From NCBI GenBank assembly GCA_950097015.1, contig CATNEN010000007.1, positions 310,001-374,000 on the forward strand: a DNA stretch of 64,000 nt, given 5' to 3'. The DNA is from Macrostomum hystrix (lineage: Eukaryota > Animalia > Platyhelminthes). Under the pieces are notes generated by a model that was not told the origin of the DNA, ran no database searches, and saw only the letters and a list, made by a program, of their open reading frames with translations. The translations under genes and the position numbers were made by a program. Of this stretch, positions 15,001 through 26,032 are shown piece by piece; the first letter of the stretch is position 1; every line of letters starts with the position of its first letter.

Positions 15001-17890
15001 TAAGGAAATATATACAATAAAGGCATTAAATTCTTTTTAGCCTTTTTAATAAAACAAAATTTTTATGACACTATGATATAAATATTATGATGAAATATGA
15101 AATAAATATTAAATGCCTTGTTCATATTTTCATTTACATAATTAGCTCTCTTAGTGCTATTGTTGAGATTAGCTTCTGGAATGATTATGGCAGAATGGCA
15201 AAATTAACTTGAAATGTTATATAAAAATGTCAATCTGATAAATTTATGCAAACTTGACATACTAGAGGCATATATAGAATGTTACATTTTTTACACAAAA
15301 TTTGTATTTTTGAGTAAAGAACCTAAAGCAATCTCCTAAAATTGAAAGTGGGTATACAGCAATAGCAATACATTTAAAATATTTAAAAGTTAAAGCTTTT
15401 TTATTTTATGATAATTCTGGAAAAATATTACAAAATTCACGCATTACACATCACAATGGCTAGGCACTTTTGATAACAATTAACAACATACTAATTAACT
15501 GACTAAGCAATGTTCTACTTCTGTTCGTTATATTATTTTTTGTTTGAATTTGTGCCACACATGCATTCTGAGTTTGAAAAAGTTGTACTGACGTGGCTTT
15601 GCAGTGACTTCACTTGTCTATGGCAAAATCTGGCAAATATGGGGGAACAGGAAGCACAGAAAGCACAGAATTCTGTACGTAAGATTTTGCAAGACCTTGC
15701 ATTTAAATAAGTATAATTCAAATAATTCAAATAACTATATGGCTGGACGACCTGCAGCCCCATCTGCATTTATGCTGCCAAATGGAATACTGAATGCTGC
15801 GGAGCTGCTGAACCTGACTGTGGACAGTTTTAAGATCCGGGACATGTGTGCGGCTACTGCAGATGTCCAGGCAACCCTGCGCTGGCTTGTTAAGTATGGG
15901 CTGCTCACCAACACGATGCACTGCGGTCGCTGCAACGTCGAGATGCAGGTGCAGTGTCAAGATGGTGACCACTTTATGGATGGGTGTGCCTGGGGCTGCC
16001 GCAACTGCAATGCCCAAGTGTCAGTGCGGAAAGGGTTGTTCTGGGAAGGGTCCCATTGCACCCTGTCCCAGCTGGTTGAGCTGGCCTTTTACTTGGCAAT
16101 TGGACAGCCATTGACCACCATTCGAGAGCAATGTGACCTGTCCCGCCAGACTGCAGTTGACTGGCAGCAATTTCTTCGGGACATTTGCCAACAAAATTTG
16201 CTTGACCATCCCATCCAGCTTGGTGGCCCAGGCATCATTTTCGAGGTTGATGAGTCAAAATTCATGCATCGAAAATATCACTGTGGAGCCCAGAGAGAAG
16301 GCCATTGGGTGCTCGGAATGGTCGAGTGAGGAACTAGTAACTGTATGATGGCCATTGTCAAGGACAGGTCAGCTGCAACATTGATGCCCATTCTGTAGCG
16401 CCACATCCTGCCAAGGACCCACATCTTGACCGATGGCTGGCTTGCATATGCCGGCTTGCAGAACCACGAATTTGTCAACCACAGGCTCCACTTTGTGGAC
16501 CCGGCTGATCTAACGCTCCATACAAATATCATCGAGGGCACCTGGGCCCATGCAAAGGCCAAGCTGTGCCAAATGCATGGCACAAGTGCTGCTCTATTTG
16601 AAAGCCACCTCGAAGAATTCCTATGGCGCCGTCTATACCCCATAGTCCGGATTATGCTGGACTTACGCTGGAAAAAAAATCCAAGATTTTTTGGCACTTA
16701 CGCCAGACTTACGCCAATCAAAAAAAGCTTCCTCTGACTTACGCCACCCAAAAAAGGGTCCCTCACAATTCTTGTTAATCCATGTCTTTTTATCGGCCTC
16801 CTTGCTTGCTGCCCTTTACTTAAACAATAGACAAATAGAATAGAAGATTCACAATTAATGGGTGATTAATTAAATTCAGAAGTTGCAACTGTTTAAAAAT
16901 CTCAAGTTGCAAATTCTGAATAAAGAATCAAAGTAAGCATCTTGAAGCTAAAAAAACTTTTGCTATCCTACATTAGATATTCTGCTATCTCGTTTATACG
17001 AACTGCAATATTATAATGAACTTTGTTTTAATGCTGCTCTTTAACACCATAATTAATGCAAATGTGAAATGTTCTATAGTGATACATTTGATCATGAATG
17101 ATCTCATTTGTGCCAAAATTTACGCCACTTGATTTATGCCATGTATTTACGCCAAGCACTTATGCCAAGGCACATTTTGGCCTATACTTATGCCAAGCAC
17201 TTATGCCAGCCTCCGATCCCAAACCAGATTTATGCCGGAGATCTCTGGCGTAAAAGACATGATCCGGACTATGGTCTATACCCCAAGAATAGCTTCGGTG
17301 CCCTCCTCTACTGGATTAGGCACTATTACCCGGTTTGAGGGAACAAAGACTGATGAACGACAGACTTTTTGTTACCGTTAAACTTGTTATTTGTTGTTAT
17401 ATGTCGTTTGAAAACAAAAAAATTATATAATGAATGGAAGTAGAACATTGCCCAATGTTTATTTATTACTGATCACTTTATGGCAAAGATAACATTATAG
17501 GCCCTATAGACAAGAGAACAATATGATGAAGTTCTCATACTTTTCTAGCTGCATAAAGGAGTTTTTGTAGTGATACAATGAAAAACATTTTTTTATATAA
17601 AAACTTGAAGTAGCTTGTCGACACAAGTATATCTGCTTTGCAAAGCATTATATTTTATAGTTACAAAAGTAAGTAATGTGAAGTAGAATTAAAGCGTTAA
17701 TTGAATTAACGCAAATTATGTAACACAATAGAAATAAAGTAGCAGGAATATATTTAATTTAACTTACCAATACTAAACTGAATTGTGACAGCTTGGTCAC
17801 CTATGCCAGTGCCAATGGAATCTGTCTCCATGGCAAACCCTTGTCGGATTTGACTCCGACGCGAAGGAAAATGAGCTCGTTTATAAGAAC
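1..17890 (-). CDS. RNF213: RNF213/mysterin-like giant dynein-type AAA+ ATPase (putative E3 ligase); multi-exon, 3' end runs off the window
   Basis: Motifs match RNF213 AAA modules: [21 protein letters not shown] + [18 protein letters not shown] + [67 protein letters not shown]. Phase-compatible GT-AG exons: 17890-17768, 13936-13534, 13451-12214, 12020-11824, 11636-11577, (unresolved small exons possible), ~10975-8755, 8603-<1. Two single-base frameshifts at ~3258 and ~3092. The frame was open at each spot-checked position (~3090, ~2340, ~1500, ~120). The start codon is uncertain (ATG at 17831 or an upstream exon). Confidence 0.88.
12410..13375 (-). repeat. Coding 30-bp minisatellite (~32 copies) encoding 10-aa A-P-A-A-S-E-P/L-D-K-S repeats
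   Basis: Unit gctgatttgtccggttctgaagctgccgga. It lies inside exon 13451-12214, and variants are substitutions that keep the frame. Confidence 0.9.
15739..17338 (+). pseudogene. ISXO2/Merlin DDE transposase pseudogene
   Basis: N-terminal Zn-ribbon (CGRC..CRNC) and catalytic motifs [26 protein letters not shown]. In-frame stops at 16327 (TGA) and 16396 (TAG). Interrupted by the 16641-17273 insertion; removing it restores [24 protein letters not shown]. Confidence 0.88.
16641..17273. mobile_element. Non-autonomous TIR element (MITE, MULE-like by TSD length) nested in the Merlin transposase
   Basis: TIRs CATAGTCCGGATTATG / CATGATCCGGACTATG (15/16 match). 10-bp TSD GTCTATACCC at 16631-16640 and 17274-17283. 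About a dozen subterminal YTTA(C/T)GCCA motifs and an AT-rich core. Confidence 0.85.
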
Positions 17891-18479
17891 CTAATAAAAA
17901 GTCCTTACAGCAGATAAAAAATAACCGAATTAGATGTCAACGACACACACGACCTTGGTCGCTCTATATCAAAGCTGACCGATGTCGAAAATCAAATTGT
18001 AGAATTTTCGCTTTTGAAATAAAAGACATGCTAAGCAGAAAGTATAAGGTTGTAAAAAAAACTTTGTTAGAATAAACAAATTTTCTTTGCTTACTAGTTA
18101 ACTGTTTCTTTTCAGGCGTGCTATAATTATTTTGTTCTTTTGCACCAGCCTTATTGTACCGGTGTTAAAATACAAAATTTAATTTGTATTTTTCAATTTG
18201 TTCCATAACAAAATTTCTAGTAGGCGGTGTATCAAACCACCTAGTAGAAAGAGACGAAAACCATGCTTTGCACTCTTACTCGCGATCCTATACAAAAGTA
18301 CCTCTCTGGTCTGCAGCGCAATGTGTGCGTTCGCGTCCATGACCAGAGGATCAATTAGTTTTACCCGACTGGAGGAGGCCTCCCTCGAAAAAACGGCCTA
18401 TATCCAGTGTCTGCTGAAATCGAGGAGTTACTTGAGGTCTGCAGAATGTCGGGCTGTTACTGTTTTTTTTCATTTGCTG

Positions 18480-19023
18480 CTATTGTTTTTTATGTGGTGA
18501 GCATCTCTTGCTACTAGAGGGGATCGGGGGTCACCTGCAGCCGATGGCCCTGGAGAAGCGCCACCACTGCACGTCGGCACGAGTGAAATTATACAATCCA
18601 GACGTGATGCCGTGCAGTGGTGTAGCCTGGGTTCAAGAGTCAAGGGGGTCATGACTCCCCAGAAGCCAGTTTTTTAGGGCTGTGCTGCTGCACTGTGGGC
18701 ATTGGGTGTGGCATAGGCCATGGACCGTCGCCTATGACCCCCCGGACGAAGATTCTGCACGGCTACGCCACATCTGATGCCGTGGGTACGGCGCAAAGGG
18801 CCTATGGCCGGGCAGTTCAGGAGGTGAAACTGCAGATCCACCATCTCATAAGAGTGGGCAGGTGACACGTACCGGCCGCAATCCCAAGTTTTTAATGCTG
18901 CCAGTCGTACACTCACGCCTTCCACCTGCTCCAATACCAGGCCCAGTACCTTGCTGCTGTTCTTCATTCCAGCCAGTTCAGCGCAAGCCTGGTCGGCAAA
19001 TGGCACGCAAGTCGAGGAGTCCG
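18480..19023 (-). mobile_element. 3' part of a decayed non-LTR retrotransposon (LINE), left half of the copy split by the CMC element
   Basis: GC-rich. Translation has a C-terminal Zn-knuckle-like motif CGRY..HSYEMVD..HLLNCPA..LRR and is contiguous with 24500-25620 when the CMC element is removed. Left boundary approximate. Confidence 0.6.
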
Positions 19024-19739
19024 CCCTAGTCCATGCTAACGTTAGGACTAACGTTTGCTTCTCGTTATTTATAAGATTTTTATGTAACGTTAATGCGGTA
19101 ACTAAAAATTAACAATAATTCCAAACTGTAAAATCAATTTTTAGTCTAATAACTTAATAGATAATAATTTAGTTATTATTTTAATTTGGAGATTTAGGCA
19201 GAAATAAAAAAAGTTGCAAAAGAAATATGAATTTTCTTATAATACAAAAATCAAGATGGCCGTCAATGAAATTTTAAATTAAATCCTTATTGAACTAGCG
19301 GAATATTCTATTATATTCTATAATCTAGATATTCAGCTACAAAAACTAAAAATATAGACAGATAGTTTAAGAAAAATGTTTATGTTATCGTTATTTGTAA
19401 ATGTAAATGTTATTTTATAACATAATTTTATAAAATGTTATTTTTGTTTTAGGCAATGAAATAAAATCTGTTGAAATAATTATTTTGTCTAAATAACTGT
19501 TTGCCCTATTGTAGCCAGTGTCTATATAGTATGTTAATATCTATTATGTTAGTATTATTTTCTATCTATTATTTATATCTAAAGCAACTTTTTATATGTA
19601 GCTTATTCATATTACTAAATAAATTTAACTTAGGCCTAACAGTTGGCACCTTAGTACAATCATCATAATATTTTTTCAATGTGATAGACATTGTAAGATT
19701 GATTTAAAACAATTGACTAATTTTGAATTCCAGATGTAA

Positions 19740-21797
19740 ATGAACCAAAGGCAACTAAAGCGAAGTATTAATGAAATTGAAGCTAAAATAAAAGACCAAG
19801 AGAAACATATAGAAAATTCATTGTCTCAACAAATTTACTATTTATACCCACTTCAAGATGAATCATCTAGTGGCATTTGTTTGTCAGATATTGATATTGA
19901 CATTGACAAGATTTTGAGCAACTTTGTCTTAGAAGAGTTTTCTAATAATGGTCTTCACCTTATTGAGGTGGAAGATACTTCTGATGTTGACCATTTTGAA
20001 CATGAAGACACATTGCTACAACATTTTGTAGACATTACAAAAGAATTTTTATCAGACTTATCAGAAAGGTCAGAGTCTTATGACAAAGTCCAAAGTAGCT
20101 TCAAAGATGACTTGGCTGCATGGGTTGTTGAAGCCAAAGTGAGTCAAGTACATATTACGTCTTTACTGCATCTACATGCTAAACATTTTCCAAATTTGGA
20201 TCTTCCATTGACAGCATCAACATTGTTGGCTCATAGCACTAATGCAAAGTCATATTACTGTTCTAAAGATATCTATTATGTTGGTGTACAGTCTGCAATT
20301 GAATCTATAATAGATAATTCTTTATCAAGCATACATACCAAATCTAATCAGTTGACTCTATTCCTAAATATTGATGGAATCAGTTTTTTCAAAAGTTCTG
20401 GCTACCAGTGCTGGCCTATTCTTGGTTTTGTTCCTGAATTACAATCTGAACCTTTTGTCATCCAGTTCTATTATTCAAGAGATAAGCCAAATCCCAAACA
20501 ACTGTGTTCTGAACTGATTAAAGAATTGAATCATCTAATTTCAAGTGGATTTGATTATTGTGGTCATCATTATGCAATTTTAACAAAGGCAATAATTTGT
20601 GATGCACCAGCTAGGTGCTTATTGAAGTGCACTAAGTATCCAACTGGTTATCATAGTTGTGACAAATGTAAAGTAGAAGGTACTCGATGTGAGGAAAGAA
20701 GTTGCATTGTCTTTGATGAAGTTAATGCTGATCTACGAACTGATCTTGAATTTCGACTGCAAATTGATGAGGATCACCATAATGAAGCCAATGGATTATC
20801 ACCATTTCTTGAATTAAATTCAATTGACATGGTTGCATCATTTCCACTTGATGTTCTTCATGTGGCATATCTTGGTGTTATGAGAAGGATGATGTATTTC
20901 TGGATAAAAGAGGGCCCATACAAGGTCCGAATGCCAAGTCAGGCTATTAAGACTTTATCTGCCAATTTAGTTTCATTAAAATCACATGTCCCATCAGAAT
21001 TTTGCCGAAAGCCACGAGGGCTTAATGAGCTTTGCTATTGGAAAGGAGCTGAATTCCGATCATTTATTCTCTATTATGGAATCATTGTTTTAAATGATGC
21101 TAGTATTCCAAAGGACATTTATCCTCATTTTCTATACTTTCACATTGCAATGCATCTTCTTTGTGGTAAATCTGCAATGCTAAGTGTAAATGTTGTTGCT
21201 GCAACCAATCTGCTAAAAGAATTTGTTACAAAGTCATCTGGATTGTATGGACGTGGATTTGTCTCAAACATAGTTCATTCTCTGATTCATTTGCCAAATG
21301 ACTGTGAAAAATTTGGTGCAGTAGATGCATTTTCTGCTTTTCGATTTGAAAGTTTTTTGCAGATTCTAAAGAACAGACTATGCAGTGGTAATCAAGTGAT
21401 TGCTCAACTGAGAAATCGGACTGGTGAATATTTGATGACAAAAAGGTCCAGGGCTGAGCTTGCCGTACCATCTCACAAGAGTACAATAAGAGTTAACAGC
21501 AGAGATTGTTTTATTATCACAAGGACTCTTCAAGTCTGTCTTGTTACTGAAGTTTTGCCTGCTAAGTTCAAGGTGATGGAATTTACACAGAAAGAAGATT
21601 TTTATTCCTATCCAATAAAAAGTTCAGCTGTAGGAATATTTTTTGTCAAAGATGGCTGTTTTGGAGCACCATTCGATGTCACTGATGATTGCATATTGGA
21701 CAAGGCTTGCGGTTTTCCTGTAAAGAAAGGATATGTTATCATTCCTCTTCGCCTTGACTTTCCAGATTCACATGGAGAAAAATTGGCTTGTTGTTAG
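19740..21797 (+). CDS. EnSpm/CMC-type DDE transposase, 685 aa, uninterrupted
   Basis: Motifs LNIDG..FKSS..QCWPILG, ICDAPAR..LKCTK..TGYHSCDKC, FPLDVLH...LGV, RKPR....WKGAEFR.F.LY, HSLIHL...C..FG.VD..SAF.FES are typical of metazoan EnSpm-like transposases. Confidence 0.88.
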   Translation: MNQRQLKRSINEIEAKIKDQEKHIENSLSQQIYYLYPLQDESSSGICLSDIDIDIDKILSNFVLEEFSNNGLHLIEVEDTSDVDHFEHEDTLLQHFVDITKEFLSDLSERSESYDKVQSSFKDDLAAWVVEAKVSQVHITSLLHLHAKHFPNLDLPLTASTLLAHSTNAKSYYCSKDIYYVGVQSAIESIIDNSLSSIHTKSNQLTLFLNIDGISFFKSSGYQCWPILGFVPELQSEPFVIQFYYSRDKPNPKQLCSELIKELNHLISSGFDYCGHHYAILTKAIICDAPARCLLKCTKYPTGYHSCDKCKVEGTRCEERSCIVFDEVNADLRTDLEFRLQIDEDHHNEANGLSPFLELNSIDMVASFPLDVLHVAYLGVMRRMMYFWIKEGPYKVRMPSQAIKTLSANLVSLKSHVPSEFCRKPRGLNELCYWKGAEFRSFILYYGIIVLNDASIPKDIYPHFLYFHIAMHLLCGKSAMLSVNVVAATNLLKEFVTKSSGLYGRGFVSNIVHSLIHLPNDCEKFGAVDAFSAFRFESFLQILKNRLCSGNQVIAQLRNRTGEYLMTKRSRAELAVPSHKSTIRVNSRDCFIITRTLQVCLVTEVLPAKFKVMEFTQKEDFYSYPIKSSAVGIFFVKDGCFGAPFDVTDDCILDKACGFPVKKGYVIIPLRLDFPDSHGEKLACC

Positions 21798-23388
21798 CTT
21801 TGCTGAAGGAACCATTGCTGTAATTCCTAGCACCTGGCTTGATTCCAATTCTAACACAGTTTACTTCCCACCTGCCAGTGATGACCATCGGAAAATGTAT
21901 TCTAAGAGCCCAATGGCTAACTGGGACGAATATCATGAATTCAAAATCGTATTTCGAAGTAGTAAGTGTAACTTTGCTTTTATTTTCAAGAAACAATTTT
22001 TTAGCTATCGTTTAAAGTGTTTAAACAATTCGTTTAACTTCAGATGAATATGCGACTGCTGTCGATAAGGAAAAGAAGTACCAATTTTCAAGTCTCTCTT
22101 GCAGCGACTCAGATCATGAATTGGCTAGGAAAAGAAGACGTCCTGAAGGTATGTTTTCAGGTGGATATACTATAATGCATTTTTCCTAATGTATTGACTT
22201 GAAATTATTTTCCCGTGCTTATCAAATGCAGAATCCAGGTTAATCGACAAACATCCTGCGAATAAAAGAAGCAGTGACACGAGCATCTCAAGATATGAAC
22301 AGACTAGTGATGACGATGATCCAGTGCCGCCACCTCTTTATGTAAGAGTAATGACCGCTTACAATCAGAGTCTGCCACTGGGATCTGCAGCTGCCACTTT
22401 CATGGACGCGACTACGACACCCAAGTCGGCTGCTGCGGTGACGCCTAGCAACGTTGCGACAACCGTGGCTGCTGCGGGGGTGACGCCTAGCAACGTTGCG
22501 ACAACCGTGGCTGCTGCGGGGTTGACGCCTAGCAACGTTGCGACAACCGTGGCTGCTGCGGGGTTGACGCCTAGCAACGTTGCGACAACCGTGGCTGCTG
22601 CGGGGTTGACGCCTAGCAACGTTGCGACAACCGTGGCTGCTGCGGGGGTGACGCCTAGCAACGTTGCGACAACCGTGGCTGCTGCGGGGGTGACGCCTAG
22701 CAACGTTGCAACAACCGTGGCTACTGCTTCAACTCAACCGAAGCTCTTAGACTCTCTAGACGTGACATTAACGCCAAGAGGTGCAAGCGCCAGAAATTCC
22801 GCAGCCAGGAATGCTGATTTCGGCATCAGCAATGAGGCCTTTGAATCTATTGCCACTGAGCTATTGGCAGAACGTGGAGCAAACAGAGACGCAACAACTG
22901 GTCCTAGTCACCTCCGTCTTCTTTGTGCGACGTTTGTCTTGGTTAGAGAAAACAATCAAATGCTTCGCAATCTCATTTCAAAACAGCAGATAAGTTCTGC
23001 AAACGTGCTTCAGCAACTTCCTTGCCATTTACCAATTGGAACAATTGGTGATCTAAAATTGTTCGAAGAGCACCTAAATGAAAATGAAAATGTCGTTCTG
23101 AATTCAATCGGTCGGATCGGTGGTTCAGATGTGCGATCTGCCACGTACATGGCATGTAAGACAACCATTTCAGTCAATGTGGCAAAGGTTCTGAATTGGG
23201 CTGGGACAAATCGGGCTTCGGAAAAAGCTTCACTAAGAGATGAATTTCCAAAAACCTTTGACTACATTCTCAAACTGACTCGTTTAAGTCAACCTGATGC
23301 GAGTCGAGAAGCTGTTATCGATGCAGTTCAGCGTTGGTTGAAAAAAGCCCCGTTCGCAAAAAAAGACAGTGCTAATGCCGCAGAGTAG
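21772..23388 (+). CDS. Second (accessory, TnpA-analogue/DUF4806-like) gene of the CMC element, 3 exons, ~483 aa
   Basis: Phase-compatible exons 21772-21961, 22044-22148 and 22232-23388 with GT-AG sites. N-terminal WLVVSF...AVIPSTWL motif; C-terminal IGGSDVRSAT..ISVNVAKVLNWAG resembles the DUF4806-type proteins found beside these transposases (recalled, not searched). Confidence 0.72.
22438..22725 (+). repeat. Coding 42-bp tandem repeat x7 (V/L-TPSNVATTVAAAG)
   Basis: Unit gtgacgcctagcaacgttgcgacaaccgtggctgctgcgggg, near-identical copies. Confidence 0.9.
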
Positions 23389-24499
23389 GCCCAATTTTTT
23401 CCTTAAACATAGTTGACTTAATTATCATGCTTTGATTTTTATGCCATCAACATCCTAATAATTTTTTCTGTATTTTTTGTTCCAGTTCTATTCGCTTTTT
23501 CATTTATTTGCTCACATTTTTTCTGGGGTCGTTACTTCCCACAATGACAGCGCAACCAAGACCGAATTTAGGGGGCGCCGCCCCGAAATGCTAACCAAAC
23601 CACTGTCCTTGTTACATAAGGGCCCTCATACTTGTCGCCCCTAATAATATTTGAGAGCCTTATACTTAACGCCCCCTTTTTGCGGCACAACGACGCCCAT
23701 TAGTTTGCCATCTTTTGTATTACTTGATGTAGGTCTTTTATGTGTTATGTGTCGAGAAAATAAGAATAAAAAACTGAGCTTATGTATTGTTGTATGTATT
23801 AAATGTATAGTTGGCCAGGAGGAACGAGGAGATAAGAGGTGGCTGGCCCCGCAGCCAATCAGAAAAATAAGAGAGAATGCGAGGAGACAGCCATATGGAG
23901 AAGTAAGCTGACAGAGGGACAAGAGTGCAGGTAAACTCAACAAAGATGAGAGGCGGTGAATTCAAGGAAAGATTGATAGTCGCAACACCCAAAAAATGGA
24001 GACATTTTTACATTCGAGTAAAACTGGGAAGTAGATTCGAGTGGCGGTGGGTTGAGGAAACTTACACTGTTTCTATTAGAAGTATTTTTTTATTACCGTA
24101 TCTATTTAAATAGCTAAATATATTGCAATGTTTAAAGTAATTGTCACACTTTATTGGACAACTTAGTGGAATTACACATTTGAAAATATTTATTTGGTCA
24201 GTTTAATTGCATGATTTTGGTTCACTGTCTTATTCTTGCTCCAATTAATACTTTTGTTGCATTGGCAACGGTGCGTTATGAAAAATATATAGTATAAAAT
24301 CAGCACGGAAAAAACCGTTAGGTTATAGTCAGTTATTGTGGAATAAAGTAACGTTAAAATTCTAACGGAAAACTAACATTAGTCTAACGACCGAACTAAC
24401 GGAAAGACTAACGTTAAAGTCTAACGTAAACCTAACGGAAATTCGTTCGTCCTGTAACGTTTTTCTAACGTGCTTCTAACGTCAGACCTTGGACTAGGG

Positions 24500-25620
24500 C
24501 GCTTTCTCATCTCAGCGCCTCTACCGTCAATGGTCGCAACCACACCTGTGATAATGCGAGTGGGTTGTCTTTGCTGCACTTCCATGCAGCTTGTTCCACG
24601 CCACACTCGAGAGCCACGTACAGGGTCAAGGCACAGGCCTCATACAGTTTCTTGCTTCGTACAATGGCAATGTATGTGCTCCGCATAAGATATGGTTGCC
24701 AGCCCCAGATATGGTCTTCCAGCTAGCCTGCGCAGGATGTTCAGACGTCTTCTGCACACCTCCACGACGTTGTCCAAATGAGTGGTGAAACGGAAATTAG
24801 GCTCGTCCAGCCACTTCACGGCTCTCCCCAGATGGCACCGCCACAGGGAGGAGCCATTTCTCGCTCCAAGCTTGCACAATCCCGACTGCCTCCCGTAGTA
24901 GTGGCATGGCTCCGGCCGTCGTTCTGTGACTTGTCCAGGTGGCAAGATCGTCAGCAAATCCACTCACACTCGTCGATTGCTTGCGAGAGTCTGATGAGTT
25001 GGTCCTCTGTGGAGCTTGCGTTTCGCTGAAACCTCTTGATGCCAAGACATATCGGATCCGATTCTCGAGTATTCTTTCCATGAGCCTACTGAGGCTCGAT
25101 GTGAGGCCAACCGGCCTATGCGAGCCAACGTCTTTAGCCAGCTACAGCGAGTTAAGCGCTCTCCTAGCCCACCTTGCCTGGCTCGAGCTGCGCTCACCTT
25201 CGCATGAACCTTGATGTTGGCCTTCGTTCTATCCGCTTCCCTTCATGCTTCAACACCTGATTAATTGGGTTCAATACCACTGTGTCCTCCTAGTTGCCTC
25301 AACACCTTCCACAGTTTACTGGCGGTTGCGTTCTCTTGAAGGTGCCTCTCCCAGTGCTCAATTGCTTTCTCTGCACCAGAGTGTTGCCGTTAATGCGCTT
25401 GTCTACTTCTTTCCATGCGTCCGAGACCATCCGTAGCTGTTCCCTGACCATCCATCTATTTGACAATTTGCTCGCCCCGACTGTCTCTATGGGTAGGCAG
25501 TTGAGCTGCTCAGGGTGCCTTAACAGCTCTAAACAGCAGCAGGTTTCCGGCCAGTATCACAGTGATGTAGCCACAGTGGAAGATCGGGCATGCGCCCCTC
25601 CACAGAAGACCAAATTTAAG
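24500..25620 (-). mobile_element. Decayed LINE reverse transcriptase fragment (right half of the split copy)
   Basis: Frameshifted RT motifs: RPVGLTSSLSKLMERILENR, GFADDL..W, QAWSEKWLLPV, NFRFTTHLDNVVEVCRRRLNILRRLAG, RIITG. Confidence 0.8.
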
Positions 25621-26032
25621 ACCACATTAGTTTAATATCGAGAACGCAGGATTTCAATTTAGCTGGATAAATATAGGCGGCTGCACAATTCAGCGCTGGA
25701 TGACAAACAGATTTTTAGTAGAAACAACACTGTGAACAACCATATAATGATCATCATATTTATACATTTATACTTCACAATGCTACAGAACATTGCAAAA
25801 GTACAAAGCTTTTTTAAAACAAGAAACTTGTGATGGACCCAGAATATTTAGAGCGTATTCCATTCCCTATTGAAAGCATAATTCACATATCAAAAGTTGC
25901 ATCATTGGCATTTCTCTAGAAACCGGCCAACCATCCATCCAGTATTAGACTTTTAAACCAGCCATTAAAGCATTGAAAGTTTTTCTTGCATTCACAAGTT
26001 CACAAGCAAATAAAAACAGTAGAAGCAAAATG

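Larger units (their letters stand above)
15506..17452 (+). mobile_element. Merlin (IS1016/IS1595-like) DNA transposon, decayed
   Basis: Perfect 15-bp inverted repeats GCAATGTTCTACTTC (15507-15521) and GAAGTAGAACATTGC (17437-17451), extending imperfectly to ~40 bp, flank an ISXO2-type transposase. No TSD was recognisable. Confidence 0.8.
19024..24499 (+). mobile_element. CMC/EnSpm (CACTA-like) DNA transposon, apparently full length (5476 bp)
   Basis: TIRs CCCTAGTCCA (19024-19033) / TGGACTAGGG (24490-24499). 2-bp TSD CG at 19022-19023 and 24500-24501. Subterminal (C)TAACG(TTA) motifs at both ends. Contains a transposase and a second gene. Confidence 0.88.

Noticed and set aside
23740-24070. 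Possible solo LTR inside the CMC element (purine-rich, CCAAT-like motif)
   Set aside because: No convincing TG...CA ends with matching TSD were found.
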